A stretch of DNA of 63,957 bases, counting the filler, from Octopus bimaculoides (Eukaryota): assembly GCF_001194135.2 (NCBI RefSeq). It is 6 parts of 6 records of this genome, joined end to end, with 100 filler letters (N's around TTAATTAATTAA, not from the genome) between each part and the next. Parts side by side here need not be neighbours in the genome. Positions count along the whole stretch, not along the records: positions 1 to 26,555 come from NC_068991.1; positions 26,656 to 51,401 come from NC_068983.1; 4 more parts are not named here. One strand, 5' to 3'. The notes beneath the pieces are model-generated. The model had not been told where the DNA came from and made no database searches. It saw only the letters and a list, made by a program, of their open reading frames with translations. Made by a program: the position numbers and the translations under genes. Positions 24,956-38,237 of this stretch are shown piece after piece; within the stretch, counting starts at the first letter, position 1, and every line of letters starts with the position of its first letter.

Positions 24956-25880
24956 NNNNNNNNNNNNNNNNNNNNNNNNNNNNNNNNNNNNNNNNNNNNN
25001 NNNNNNNNNNNNNNNNNNNNNNNNNNNNNNNNNNNNNNNNNNNNNNNNNNNNNNNNNNNNNNNNNNNNNNNNNNNNNNNNNNNNNNNNNNNNNNNNNNNN
25101 NNNNNNNNNNNNNNNNNNNNNNNNNNNNNNNNNNNNNNNNNNNNNNNNNNNNNNNNNNNNNNNNNNNNNNNNNNNNNNNNNNNNNNNNNNNNNNNNNNNN
25201 NNNNNNNNNNNNNNNNNNNNNNNNNNNNNNNNNNNNNNNNNNNNNNNNNNNNNNNNNNNNNNNNNNNNNNNNNNNNNNNNNNNNNNNNNNNNNNNNNNNN
25301 NNNNNNNNNNNNNNNNNNNNNNNNNNNNNNNNNNNNNNNNNNNNNNNNNNNNNNNNNNNNNNNNNNNNNNNNNNNNNNNNNNNNNNNNNNNNNNNNNNNN
25401 NNNNNNNNNNNNNNNNNNNNNNNNNNNNNNNNNNNNNNNNNNNNNNNNNNNNNNNNNNNNNNNNNNNNNNNNNNNNNNNNNNNNNNNNNNNNNNNNNNNN
25501 NNNNNNNNNNNNNNNNNNNNNNNNNNNNNNNNNNNNNNNNNNNNNNNNNNNNNNNNNNNNNNNNNNNNNNNNNNNNNNNNNNNNNNNNNNNNNNNNNNNN
25601 NNNNNNNNNNNNNNNNNNNNNNNNNNNNNNNNNNNNNNNNNNNNNNNNNNNNNNNNNNNNNNNNNNNNNNNNNNNNNNNNNNNNNNNNNNNNNNNNNNNN
25701 NNNNNNNNNNNNNNNNNNNNNNNNNNNNNNNNNNNNNNNNNNNNNNNNNNNNNNNNNNNNNNNNNNNNNNNNNNNNNNNNNNNTATATATATATATATAT
25801 ATACATACATATATCTGCTATGATTGATCGCTAGCCACTACACATTCCTTTTTTTTCTTTCCTTGTTTCTTTCTGTGTTC

Positions 25881-25916
25881 CTTTCTGTGGAAGAGCGTAG
25901 GCTCGAAACGTTAAAG
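25881..25916 (+). ncRNA. Minimal hammerhead-like motif with a variant core (CUGUGGA)
   Basis: CTTT-CTGTGGA-A-GAGC-gtag-GCTC-GAAAC-GT-T-AAAG: perfect stems I and II and palindromic ACGT stem III; the core deviates from CUGANGA. Confidence 0.5.
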
Positions 25917-26173
25917 ACTTTTTCACTTCCCGAAGATTATACTAATACATCTGTTTGTTGTCTACACCACCTGTCTTCGTCTGTTGTCTTTTTGTGAATT
26001 CTCCCCATATATGTTTATATATATTTGTAAATTTGTAAATAGTAAGGGATTACCCCAAAATGATTACTGCTTTGTTCTCAGTTAGGCATACAAAATAAGT
26101 TATTCAACAGGTAATATATAAATGCTATGCAACTTCGTGATAATCACTATTATTATTGTTGGTATAAATATGC

Positions 26174-26216
<43 letters not shown>

Positions 26217-26521
26217 TAATATATACACACATACATATACAGACATACATACACACATACAAACACACATTTATATATTTTTAAAAATACATTGGAACTG
26301 ATGTTTGATTTTTTTTTTGTTTCTTTGATTTTCCTATTCATTTGGAAATATGTTGCTGCAGTTCTTGAAACATTTAGATATGGTTCATATAGAACTCACA
26401 AAAAGAACCTCTAAGCGCCTCTAACATCAAATAATAAACAAAATCAAAAAACACCTCTTCCAATCTCTGTCTCATACATATTTTTCTATTTCATATTTTA
26501 TTTTGCAATTTCTTTTCTTTG

Positions 26522-26555
<34 letters not shown>

Positions 26556-26599
26556 NNNNNNNNNNNNNNNNNNNNNNNNNNNNNNNNNNNNNNNNNNNN

Positions 26600-26611
26600 T
26601 TAATTAATTAA
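26600..26611. other. Artificial scaffold spacer TTAATTAATTAA inside N runs (also 51446-51457, 56371-56382, 58681-58692, 62843-62854)
   Basis: Identical 12-mer centred in N runs five times; carries stop codons in all six frames. Confidence 0.9.
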
Positions 26612-26949
26612 NNNNNNNNNNNNNNNNNNNNNNNNNNNNNNNNNNNNNNNNNNNNCAAATCCACTCACAAGGCTTTGGTCGGCCCGAAGCTATAGTAGAA
26701 GACACTTGCCCAAGGTGCCACGCAGTGGGACTGAACCCGGAACCATGTGGTTCGTAAGCAAGCTACTTACCACACAGCCACTCCTAGGTTTCAAAGAAAA
26801 AAGGCTACACGTGGTATAAATAGGGTGAAGATAAAAAGAAAACAAATAAAATGCACATTAGATATAAAAAATAAAGGCTTTTTTAAGAAAAGCAAAGATA
26901 TATACATGCAATTAGATGATTTGAGGTGGAATTATGAAGTATAAAAATC

Positions 26950-27500
26950 ATTATTAGGAATCATTATAGAGATTCAAAGTCATACCGGTATCGTCGGAGC
27001 TGATCCCTGACTTTGAATGAATACTGATTTCCAAACAGTGTTGGGTCTAATAGTACCCGAGGGAAAAGATTACATGCAAGGGAGGTAAGCAGTTCTGGAA
27101 GTGATGCAATTAAGGTAGATATAAATATTGGAATGTGAATGGTGTATGGGATGTATGAAGATTAGAGAGATTATTGGCATTGGTAAGGTTAGTAGTATCC
27201 TGTATTAAGTTGTGTGTTCATGTTGAGTTGTAGATGATATTTATTAATGAAAGTTACCTCTTTATTTAATCTTTACTGTACTGAGGTGTTTTGTGATCAT
27301 TGATAAAAAGGGAAAATTAGGAAGTTCAGTTTAAGATTCCAGGCACATCTTAGTATGTGCTCACTGACCTGTATCTGTCTATATTGCGGGTAGCGGATTT
27401 GTTCTTTGTGAAGAGTTGTTCTTCGTCGGAGTGATATTCCTGCTTGGCCTATGTAGTGATTTCCGCACCCTAAGCAGGTAAAAGCCTTTTTTTTTTTTTT
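26950..27500 (-). mobile_element. Penelope-like element 3' remnant (GIY-YIG endonuclease)
   Basis: Minus strand FTCLGCGNHYIGQAGISLRRRTTLHKEQIRYPQYRQIQVSEHI...FPFYQ matches the C-x2-C-x3-YIG-x-T...R..EH pattern of PLE GIY-YIG domains. Confidence 0.8.
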
Positions 27501-27543
27501 TGTATATCTGATGTGCATTTTCTTTGTTTTCTTTTCACTTTTC

Positions 27544-27581
<38 letters not shown>

Positions 27582-28471
27582 GGAAAAAAATTCGTATGAA
27601 AATAGGCCAAAATAAATCTATACATTTTGACCGATACAGAGGACTATGTTTCAGAGAATACTACTTCAGATAAACGAGATGCACAACCAAAGATTGTGTA
27701 GGTGTTGTTTACAGATAAAATGTATTCTTCAAAATGCAAATCAAAATAAAACGCGATGTATATGTGAGTTTACATTATGGAATGAGTTCTAAACAATATA
27801 CGTCGGAGCAAATATTGGTTTGTCTGATACAGGAGTAAGTACATTCCACAAAGCAGCCATGAACTAAACATCTCCTTTCATCAACGAGAAATGAAAAAAT
27901 AATAAGGACCTCAATAAATTTTTACATGTATGCTACTGCGAGGTTAATATACGAAACATCTGTTTCCCGAGATATTACACAATATTGACATCCCCGCTCT
28001 ATACTCACGGTGATAGGAAAGCGGAAGAAGAGCAAAGGCTTACTCAATTTTCCAAATTATTGCGTCTAAATTTATGACAATATACTATTGAAAACGACAT
28101 TTTAAAAATAAATTAGGTATTGCCACCATACGAAAATTAGAGAATAGAGCTAAGGAAATTTTCTATATGTTATTTACAAATAAAAGTATATTTTTAAGAC
28201 GCGGATCGAAAAATATGCAGATGTAAATGTTTGCTTAATGTAATAGAGAGTACAATGGCACTAATGTGAATGCGTAAAGTTCCATGAACATATAAAAGAC
28301 AAACACACATAAAAAGCAGATTAAGAAACGAATACTGAAGCCAAATCATACATACACACACACACAATCATACACACATACACACAAACACATAAATATA
28401 AATATGTACCCAACAAAAATATATTGAGTGATTCTTCAGTTTAATGTTAATACTTATAAATATTTCATGCG

Positions 28472-28609
28472 TACGTTTCAGATAAAGACGCAATATATAA
28501 AAATGGAATTTCATCTTTTACGCAAAATATTCTTCAGTTAAAACATATGAAGATTTTGCATAGGAGATAAAATTCCGTTTTTATCTATAGCACAATTATC
28601 TGAAACGTA
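28472..28609. mobile_element. ~140-bp imperfect palindrome, TA-flanked MITE-like
   Basis: TACGTTTCAGATAA / TTATCTGAAACGTA ends; inner arms (AAATGGAATTT/AAATTCCGTTT, GCAAAATATTCTTCA/TGAAGATTTTGC) also pair. Confidence 0.7.
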
Positions 28610-28864
28610 CATATTAAATGCATTCAAAGTCTCATTACTTTGTTTGACTTCATTTTTTATGAATTATATGATTCTATATCCATACAAACTAGTCTGTCCT
28701 AAATCCATTCACACGGATACTATAACAAGGATTTAGAGAAATAATTTATATGCTCGGGTTAAATTTGACGGTTTTCATAGAAGGAAATGAAAGCACCACA
28801 TCAAATTCAAAAATAAAAGGGTTTTTTTTTTTAATATTGGTTTGTCTGATACAGGAGATAACAG

Positions 28865-29621
28865 TTTATTCATATTAGCCACCCTCAGCTTATACCACAG
28901 ACTCAAACACGGCTTCGGAACTTGACGCGTGTTTTTTTTACTGTATCCCTGAGACGAGCTTCGAACGCTTCCTTCATCTTGGTCACCAGCTCGGCTTTAG
29001 TGTTGCAGGCAAAGTAGTTAGTGTCTTTCTTAATCACACCCTACACAGAGTAGTAACTCATCCGATTACAATCGAGGATATCAAGAAGCCAAAAGTTGGC
29101 ATCTGATAAAGTCGTAGAAATCTTTCGACAACCACTTCTGATTCTTCCCGGTGGTATAGCAAAGAAAAGAATCCTGCTGCCACACATGGCCTCCCAGTAG
29201 CAAACCTTTCCAGCCAGGGATTGACGACAGTCTCCATCAGCTTCACATAGCAGTCTGAATTTAGCCTAAGGCCCTATTCAGAGAGGTGAAAGGTGAACTC
29301 CGGCGTGCGGACACTGTTTGAACGCCTGCTGTGTCCCTTCTAGCTAGCCACTGCTTCGTAGTCTTCGTTGCAGCTGTTCATATCACGTCTTGCCGCCTTC
29401 ACAGTGTTCACAGAGCATTGAGCAGCAGTCATAATGTCGGTATTTTGATATCCGGCTCGAATAACTCTTTTCCAATATCCAGATGGCTTCTAATCCTCCA
29501 TGTGAGCTAACGAGCTACAATTTTAATCATTTCTTCAACGCTGTTGACTGTTCACCAGTACCTGAAGCTGTTCCTGAAAAGGTGAGACAAAAAGTTGTAA
29601 AATTTATACCCAAACACACTG
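28865..29621 (-). mobile_element. Internally deleted Tc1/mariner relic, DD37D (maT-like)
   Basis: Minus strand YVKLMETVVNPWLERF...WQQDS...KWLSKDFYDF..NFW...DCN.M.YY (frameshifted); about 37 residues between D2 and D3. The right end CAGTGTGTTTGGG abuts TA at the start of (GATA)n. Confidence 0.8.
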
Positions 29622-29648
29622 TAGATAGATAGATAGATAGTTAGATAT

Positions 29649-29710
<62 letters not shown>

Positions 29711-29738
29711 TGATAGATAGATAGATAGATAGATAGAT
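29622..29738. repeat. (GATA)n microsatellite
   Basis: Seen directly. Confidence 0.95.
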
Positions 29739-32309
29739 GTGCACACACAACAGGCTAATGTACTGTTAGTCTACAAAAAATCTATTCACAAAGCAGAAGC
29801 CAAGACGAGGTTTAGAGTTTATGTGCACTTGCCCAGTGTGCCGCGCAGCAGGATGGAAACTGAAACCACCTGATTACGAAGGGAAATTCATAACTATATG
29901 AGATATTCTTCTTTATATTTTTCCTAATTTCCCATTCTACCTGTCATACTACTCCACACCAAAAAACAAAAGCACAAGTAAACTTCCCCAGATCAAACAG
30001 TTTTCTCTTTAAAGGATAAAAACTTTTAAATGCTTTGCCCAAGATTTCAGTGGTCGAGTAAACCAATGACAAAACGTATAACTTGCATGACTATGCTATC
30101 TTACTTCTCCAGGATACAGTCCACCCACGACCACGTTATTTTTGTATTTGTTTGTTTTTGTCTTTGATATTTTGTGTAATTTTGAGGGTAAAATTTTGAG
30201 GGATCTCAGCAGTATTTCTAGCATAGTACGCGACGTGTAGGTGCTCCGTCGTTGGCTCGTGAGACTGAATGAGTATCGACGGTGCCTCCATTAAGCAATG
30301 TACAAGTTTTTGTTTATTTTATGCTGTGTTAAAGCGTAATAGTAAATCGTCGCAATATATTTAACAAGCTGGTAATAGAAAAGAGAGTCTATTCAAAAAA
30401 ATATGTAAAAATATTTTAAAAAAAGACGAAGAAAAGAAAGAATATCTACTGACCTAAATTCTTATATTCTTAGCAAGCAAGGGCTATTGCTATACACTTG
30501 CAATACGACACGCCTCAGAACACAAGCTCGCACGCACACATCCACATAAATATATACATATATATACATATATATATATATATNNNNNNNNNNNNNNNNN
30601 NNNNNNNNNNNNNNNNNNNNNNNNNNNNNNNNNNNNNNNNNNNNNNNNNNNNNNNNNNNNNNNNNNNNNNNNNNNNNNNNNNNNNNNNNNNNNNNNNNNN
30701 NNNNNNNNNNNNNNNNNNNNNNNNNNNNNNNNNNNNNNNNNNNNNNNNNNNNNNNNNNNNNNNNNNNNNNNNNNNNNNNNNNNNNNNNNNNNNNNNNNNN
30801 NNNNNNNNNNNNNNNNNNNNNNNNNNNNNNNNNNNNNNNNNNNNNNNNNNNNNNNNNNNNNNNNNNNNNNNNNNNNNNNNNNNNNNNNNNNNNNNNNNNN
30901 NNNNNNNNNNNNNNNNNNNNNNNNNNNNNNNNNNNNNNNNNNNNNNNNNNNNNNNNNNNNNNNNNNNNNNNNNNNNNNNNNNNNNNNNATATATATATAT
31001 ATATCAATACACACACATATGCACACACATACACATGTACACACACATAAAATATATGAATATTGATTTATGTGTTAATATGGATGACATCTCTATATAC
31101 AAGCACACACACATACACATACAGAGGTACATAGTTAGACAGACAGTCACATAGATTGATTTATGCAAATTGTTTTGTATGTTTCTGTGAATGCGTATAT
31201 GTGTATGTGTGTATATATGTGTGTAAAGTATATGGGACGTATACTTTTAAAATGAGATGTGACTCTCATAATCCAGGTGGCTGCCCTAAAAACAAAACAC
31301 AAATATGCCTTGTATTTATCTAGACGAAGTTAACCTGGTGGAATCAATCGTGCAAAAAACGTCGATCGTTGTAGCATTTATATTCCGAATTGTACGCCAG
31401 TGAAGCTGTTGCTAATTATATAGTGCTGCCTCTGCTTATCGTTAAGATTTGTCTCTTGGCGTAGATGTGCTAAAAAGATTACGAATGTCTTGTCTGTGGG
31501 TACTTTAGCTCTCCACGAACTGTTCATCAAGAAGAAAATCAATCATTATTGGGCAAATATGACTCTGTTTTAGTATTGCGTTGCTTGTGAATAAACTTTG
31601 TGCAAAGAGTAACATTGTAGTTAGTATCTAAGGTAGGTAACTCCATCCAGAATTTCTTTTTAATAGTCGACATTATATAAGAATGAAATTAAGAAGCAAA
31701 TTTTTAAAATGTATGCATTTTATCCCTTCCCGCTTATAAAATTGATGATTTCTCATAGTGACTGAAAAATAGTGAGCGCGTATTCCTGAAAACAAAATAA
31801 TGCTCCCGAGTCAATGACTGAATCTCTACTTGATTGGTCTACCTACTAGAAATAACGGTCAAATCTTACTCAAATTACACTATTTCTTAAATAAAGAAGG
31901 TGTGGTTGTAGTTGAAAATCCTTTGACCATGGGTCAAAACAATAACAAGACATCGACATTTGTCAAACGAACAATAGAGCTGCTAAGTGCTCGCCTAACT
32001 TCTCTAAGAGTCGCAGCCAAATCTTCCTCAAACTGTGACGAAATGTCATTCAGAAAAAATTGACTAATGTAGTTCTAGATACACTATGCCTTAAAAATAT
32101 GTTCTGGTCACAGTTGAGAACTTTAATCATAGGTCGACACGGTCCAGGTCGATCCTTTAAAATTGAACTTTATAAAAACTACTCTTTTACTCTTTTATTC
32201 GTTTCAGCAATGCGGCTGCAGTCATGCTGGAGCACCACTATGATTTTGTACATTTGCATAACAGTCTTATTTGGTTGATTTCTACAGAAAGGTACGATTT
32301 CATATCACC

Positions 32310-32545
32310 ACTTCTGCATATGTTTTTCTCTTGGTTGTTGACCCATTTTGGCGTATGAGGGAGTTTGACACTGAGGACCTCATGCCGGACTCTTGGTTCG
32401 TCCGGTATCGTGGATAGAAGAATGTCCAGTTCCTTTTTAATGACATCTAAGTCCACGTTGTGTAGGTTCCTTAATTCTTTTGACAGGGTATTGACGAGGT
32501 GTGAGCCATTGAACCCCAAGCTACCTGGCCCTGACTTTGGATGGT
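32310..32545 (-). mobile_element. CR1/L2-group LINE ORF2 C-terminal remnant
   Basis: Minus strand NGSHLVNTLSKELRNLHNVDLDVIKKELDILLSTIPDEP resembles the G..LFN.LP...R......FK..LD..L..IPD.P terminus. Confidence 0.7.
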
Positions 32546-32885
32546 ATATAAATATTATTACTATATACAAAATATATACTTCTTTAACATGGAAATAGAC
32601 TTTACTTTACGACATAAGTACACAAGTTAATAAAAAGCTTAGCAAATGGGAATATATTCTTATGATACGGTAGTTACAACTGGGAGAACGATTACACATT
32701 TGTACTGGGATACATTCACCTGATATTGCAAGAAGTATTAAGCAAAAAGATTCAGTAGAGAATTAAACTCAAACACGCTACAATGCATAATTTCTAAAGG
32801 AGGTTCGTTTCTTTCGGGTCATGCCCTAAAGAAACGCACTCAGTCACAGTCATAATCAAACCACACAAAAGAACACACACAAATC

Positions 32886-32957
<72 letters not shown>

Positions 32958-33359
32958 NNNNNNNNNNNNNNNNNNNNNNNNNNNNNNNNNNNNNNNNNNN
33001 NNNNNNNNNNNNNNNNNNNNNNNNNNNNNNNNNNNNNNNNNNNNNNNNNNNNNNNNNNNNNNNNNNNNNNNNNNNNNNNNNNNNNNNNNNNNNNNNNNNN
33101 NNNNNNNNNNNNNNNNNNNNNNNNNNNNNNNNNNNNNNNNNNNNNNNNNNNNNNNNNNNNNNNNNNNNNNNNNNNNNNNNNNNNNNNNNNNNNNNNNNNN
33201 NNNNNNNNNNNNNNNNNNNNNNNNNNNNNNNNNNNNTATATATACGTAGAATAGTCAAAAAATGTATACACACATTGAATGATTATGATGTGTGCATTAA
33301 AATATATTTATTCCAAAATTTAATAGAATTTACAAACAGAATTTAATTATTTTATGAAA

Positions 33360-33790
33360 ACCTGTTTTCAAACGGATGACACGAAACAATGAAATCGCTT
33401 ATACCAAGAAATATTTCGTTCGGTGTTGTTGCGCATTCTCGTTTAATGGTTACCCTCAGTTCGTCAACTGTTGCCGGTTTTGACCCGTAAACTTTATCTT
33501 TTAAGTATCCCCATAAAAGACTTTTGGTATAAGATCCAATGAACGCAGTGGGTATTGTACTAAACCTCTTCGTCTAATTGACTTGTTTGAAAAAATCTTA
33601 TCAAAGTGGGTCCTTAAATTACTAAGGTAATGTGGAGGTGCCTGTCTTGCTGGAAATAAAACTCTACTCTTTAATGCTTAGCATGACAGTTTGTCGCACT
33701 GAATTCAAGAAAATGGGACCAGTCTCAATAGAGTCAAAAAAATAATAGTCCATTCAATACAGTATGGTCTGCATCATACTGTAACCCCTA
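33360..33790 (-). mobile_element. Tc1/mariner transposase relic, DD41D-like
   Basis: Minus strand FYFQQD[fs]APPHY...RRRGLVQYPLRSLDLIPK...WGYLKDKVYGSKPATVDELRVTIKREC; 41 positions from D2 to the D3 position, which now reads V. Confidence 0.75.
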
Positions 33791-34309
33791 GTATATTAAT
33801 ATGATGCTCTTTTGTGATATGCAGATTCTCAGGTACCTAGTAGGTGCAACGGTGGCGATTAAGTGAGTCATTTAATTTAAATGTAGACTTCGTCACTCCA
33901 AACAATCTATACTGGAAGGTGTGCATCTTGTACACATCTTGCCAAGTACTACTCGCAAAAGTCCACTCTTCAGTTCTGGTTATATGGGATGTATCATTCG
34001 GCTGATGCCTCAAATCAATTACTTGGTCTGTAACACTTCTATCATTATTTGTGTAGTGCAATATACACAAAATTTAAATATGAATTAACTGCAAGTATTT
34101 GAATCTAAATACTGTAAGACGCTGTAAGAAAATGTTCAAGACAGAAAATAATAATAGAGGCGCTGACAGTATTCGAACCATATCTCAGCTCGTTGTCAGG
34201 ACGGTATCTGTTCTGACTCTCTACGCCCTAAGTTCATATCAAGTTGAGTTCCACTTAGGGCTTCATCTCTTCGGGGTCGAAATATGAAGTACCATATACA
34301 TCACACACA

Positions 34310-34360
<51 letters not shown>

Positions 34361-34683
34361 CTCATCACTCACTCTGACGAAATCGATGTTTAGAAAGAGC
34401 CAAGAAACGAGCATGCATACTGCGACCCCACTCATTCTTTGACCACCACTGTGTGCACTCGCTAAAAAAAAAAATTGGTTACCNNNNNNNNNNNNNNNNN
34501 NNNNNNNNNNNNNNNNNNNNNNNNNNNNNNNNNNNNNNNNNNNNNNNNNNNNNNNNNNNNNNNNNNNNNNNNNNNNNNNNNNNNNNNNNNNNNNNNNNNN
34601 NNNNNNNNNNNNNNNNNNNNNNNNNNNNNNNNNNNNNNNNNNNNNNNNNNNNNNNNNNNNNNNNNNNNNNNNNNNNNNNNNNN

Positions 34684-34749
<66 letters not shown>

Positions 34750-35621
34750 CAGAAAATCGGTCAATATAGCAATATATTTAGTTCTAGTCGCATCAGTGAA
34801 CCTGTTGCATTTCAAGTTAGTGCATGTATTTCATCCTTTGGATTTCAACTCCTGACAAACTTGTAGGGGCTCCGTCGTGACATATGGCGTGTCATATATA
34901 TCGTATAATATCAGAGAATGAATAAATTCTAAGGAAACCGTATTAGAATTAAATGTTGTCTTCGTCTACCAACATGCTTACAAAATCGAATACTTACATA
35001 AGTCTTCTGTGGATAAGAATCAACTAATTAACTCCCATCCTACAGAATACCTGCCCAACAAACAGGAACGCCATTATGTGTTTACTCATGTCGCTAGAAA
35101 TGTCCCTTATATTATATCTTATTGTCGTTAAACAAGCAAAGGTACATTCCATAATTAGTCCAGATGTGCTATTCCTGAAAACAAAAAGACAAGATGATGA
35201 GGTTTGGAATACGTTTAATCATAAGTCTGCTCAATCAAAGCTAATCTGCAGCGAAATAAAGACTAGAAAAATGAAGATATGTTAGATAATTCTCGAAGTA
35301 GAAATTTCAATTTGCAACTTGTGACGCGGTGGATATACATTTACACGAAAACAGCTACATACACCTCTTTGTTATCAATACTATATGATGAAGAATTTTC
35401 CTATGAGATGTGTGTTGTGTGGAAGTTATAAGACTACTCTGGCGGGAGTAGTTTAGTTGCTGAATAGCAGGAACGCACATATTTAAGATATGCAAATTGT
35501 GTGTTCTGCTAATCGAAGAGTTGCTAATTGAAGTCCTGTTACAGTTGTTCAGTGTTCACGACTGGGAGACGCAATAAATCATACATCAAACGTAATAATT
35601 GTAGCTCACTGATGCAAGCTA

Positions 35622-36008
35622 TTGTTGTTGGCACTCCGTCGCTTACGACGTCGAGGGTTCCAGTTGATCCGATCAACAGAACAGCCTGCTCGTGAAATTA
35701 ACATGCAAGTGGCTGAGCACTCCACAGATACGTGTAGCCTTAACGTAGTTCTCGGGGATATTCAGCGTGATACAGTGTGACAAGGCTGACCCTTTGAATT
35801 ACAGGCACAACAGAAACAGGAAGTAAGAGTGAGAGAAGGTTGTGGTGAAAGAGTACAGCAGGGTTCGCCACCATCCCCTGCCGGAGCCTCGTAGAGCTTT
35901 TAGGTGTTTTCGCTCAATAAACACTCACAACGCCCGGTCTGGGAATCGAAACCGCGATCCTATGACCGCGAGTCTGCTGCCCTAACCACTTGGCCATTGC
36001 ACCTCCAC
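35622..36008 (-). mobile_element. Full-length tRNA-derived SINE with (CAA)n tail and target-site duplication
   Basis: Minus-strand head with A box (CAATGGCCAAGTGG) and B box (GGTTTCGATTCCC). Flanking GATGCAAGC at 35611-35619 and 36009-36017. Homologues at 58737-58978(+) and about 62280-62440(-). Confidence 0.85.
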
Positions 36009-37699
36009 GATGCAAGCCATAAAGCTGTATAGACTAACGAATAGTATAGTGTCTTTCAATACTGAGTTCAAATCATCCAGTGGATCTAGAGATGGTAATC
36101 TGGAACGATTGTAATGTTCCTATTTAAGAAACTTCCTTGTTTCATCATAGTATTACTTGGAATAGTTGATTCACACTTGTACTGAGACTTCTTAGACACA
36201 ACTTCAATATTTCTTAAAGAAGGTGACATTGTCGATTCGTTCGATTCCAATACACGTCTTACGTGTCTTAATTTTATTGACTCATAATAGCAGACACACT
36301 AATGAAGGGTTGATATTTTATCTTAGAAAATATATGTTTTAACGATTTGACTAACTCCGACACTCCCTGTCTACATCATTATGTACACGGAAGAACGCTA
36401 GACATTGCGTGATACCGCCTGCATATTTACTGGCATGTATTTGAACAGAAAAATAAAGTGCAGAATGACTCATGAAACCACTTTAATAAGTTATGTTGCT
36501 TAAAAGGTTTGATTGTCAAAAGTTAATATTAACTGTATTAATTTATTCTGCTTATATCTTTTTATTTTATTACTTTATTTCACAAAAGAATTAAAGTTTT
36601 ATTGTAAACAAACATCAAAATTAAGTCGTTATGATAATCTAATAGGAACTAGCCTGTTCATAACATACAGCAATGGAATGTTTTGTTTAAAAGCTATATA
36701 TCAAATGCATCTAGCTAATCAAATTTTAAAATGCGATCCCAAGTTGTGACAGGTGCAACGAGGGGATTGGGGTGCAACCACCGGATAGTAGTAGTTAGGT
36801 AAACTTTATGTGAGATAACAGTATTTCATTTCCTCATAATGTCGGTTGGCAGAAGATGAATCTATCTCACTGCTACACTGCCCCCACAACCACTAATATT
36901 AACTGCACCAATTCACACAAAAGGGTAACTCAAGTGCTAGAAAGAGCTGTCATAGTTCCCTTAAATTACGGCCTATAGTTTTACTACATTGTATAATCTA
37001 GTATTGGATACATTATTTTTGGAAAAGAAGATGATCATTACCAGAATAGCTTTGACCATTGGTCTGCTCAATAAGAGCCGGCCTGGGGTTAAACAACAGC
37101 AATAGCAACAACACTCACTCGTAGAATTGGCATGGGTCACGTTTACCTGACTGATTGAAGTAACATATAGAATCTTATATCCTGATGGATGAGGTCTTAG
37201 AAACTGCTATACAGGAGTGGTTCTTCCGAAGTTGATTATGATGGAGTTTGCTGTGTCAACGAATTATCTACCTTGCATATCAGTGTTGTTCTCTAAGAAT
37301 GCTCGAAAATATTGCCTCATCAAACAGACTGGGCCAGTTAAATCAGTCAGCACATATGCAGCTCTTCACTCGTCAATCAAAAATGCTGGCTCACCTTTCA
37401 GTTGTGTCTCTTCTCTGTCTCTTTAATCGACATGAAAAGTAATCACAGACTGTAACGCCCAGCATTTATAGAGAATGAAATAGTTTTTCGGTGTGTAATA
37501 TTTATGAGTAATGATCTGATGGTATTGAGGGCGAGCCTAGCGTGCACTTAGATGATCGACGTTACTGTGCTGATAGCGAAGCAGGAATGTGAGCAGAGTC
37601 ATAAGCGTAGGAGTTGAATTAATCGCTAATATACAGCGTGGCAGGGTGTAAAGAGACAGTCGACAGTAAGGTGTTCCTACGTCGATGGTTCGCCTACAC

Positions 37700-37950
37700 C
37701 AGTAGTTCCCAGCGATTTATTTTTTACCTATGAACCCCTTTAATTTCTATTTTTCACAAGTGGATCCTCATAGCCATTCGATTTTTCAGAGATCCTATTA
37801 TATTTTTATAATTAAGAATTTGGAATTGTATAAAAATAGAATATTTTGTGCATTGTTAGATTATAACCAGTTTATTGCACATAAATTTTTAGCAACAAAA
37901 TCTTGTATGGACCCCTCAAGGGCCAGAAAGACCCCGGTTGAGAACCACTG
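37700..37950. mobile_element. hAT-like MITE
   Basis: TIRs CAGTAGTTCCCAGC / GGTTGAGAACCACTG; 8-bp flanks GCCTACAC / GTCAACAC (6/8 match). Confidence 0.75.
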
Positions 37951-38177
37951 GTCAACACAATGGGCAACCTAGCATAATATTTATAACCCAGGTGATTCAT
38001 AAGCGGATTCTAAAGGCCGAAATTTTAATATCGGGGTTAATAGCTTTGCATTCCCTCAGGTTCTACATTTTTTATCCTTCTGCATGCACAGTGATGATCC
38101 CAAAACAAAGAATTACATCTTGACTATTTCTTCCCAGTTGTTGAGCAACAAAGTAAGTAAAACTACAAGGGGAGAGA

Positions 38178-38237
<60 letters not shown>

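Noticed and set aside
31370-31640. Weak Penelope-RT-like spacing (LP.LD...TK...K..NT..YL) on the minus strand
   Set aside because: Too degenerate to call by eye; needs a profile-HMM search.
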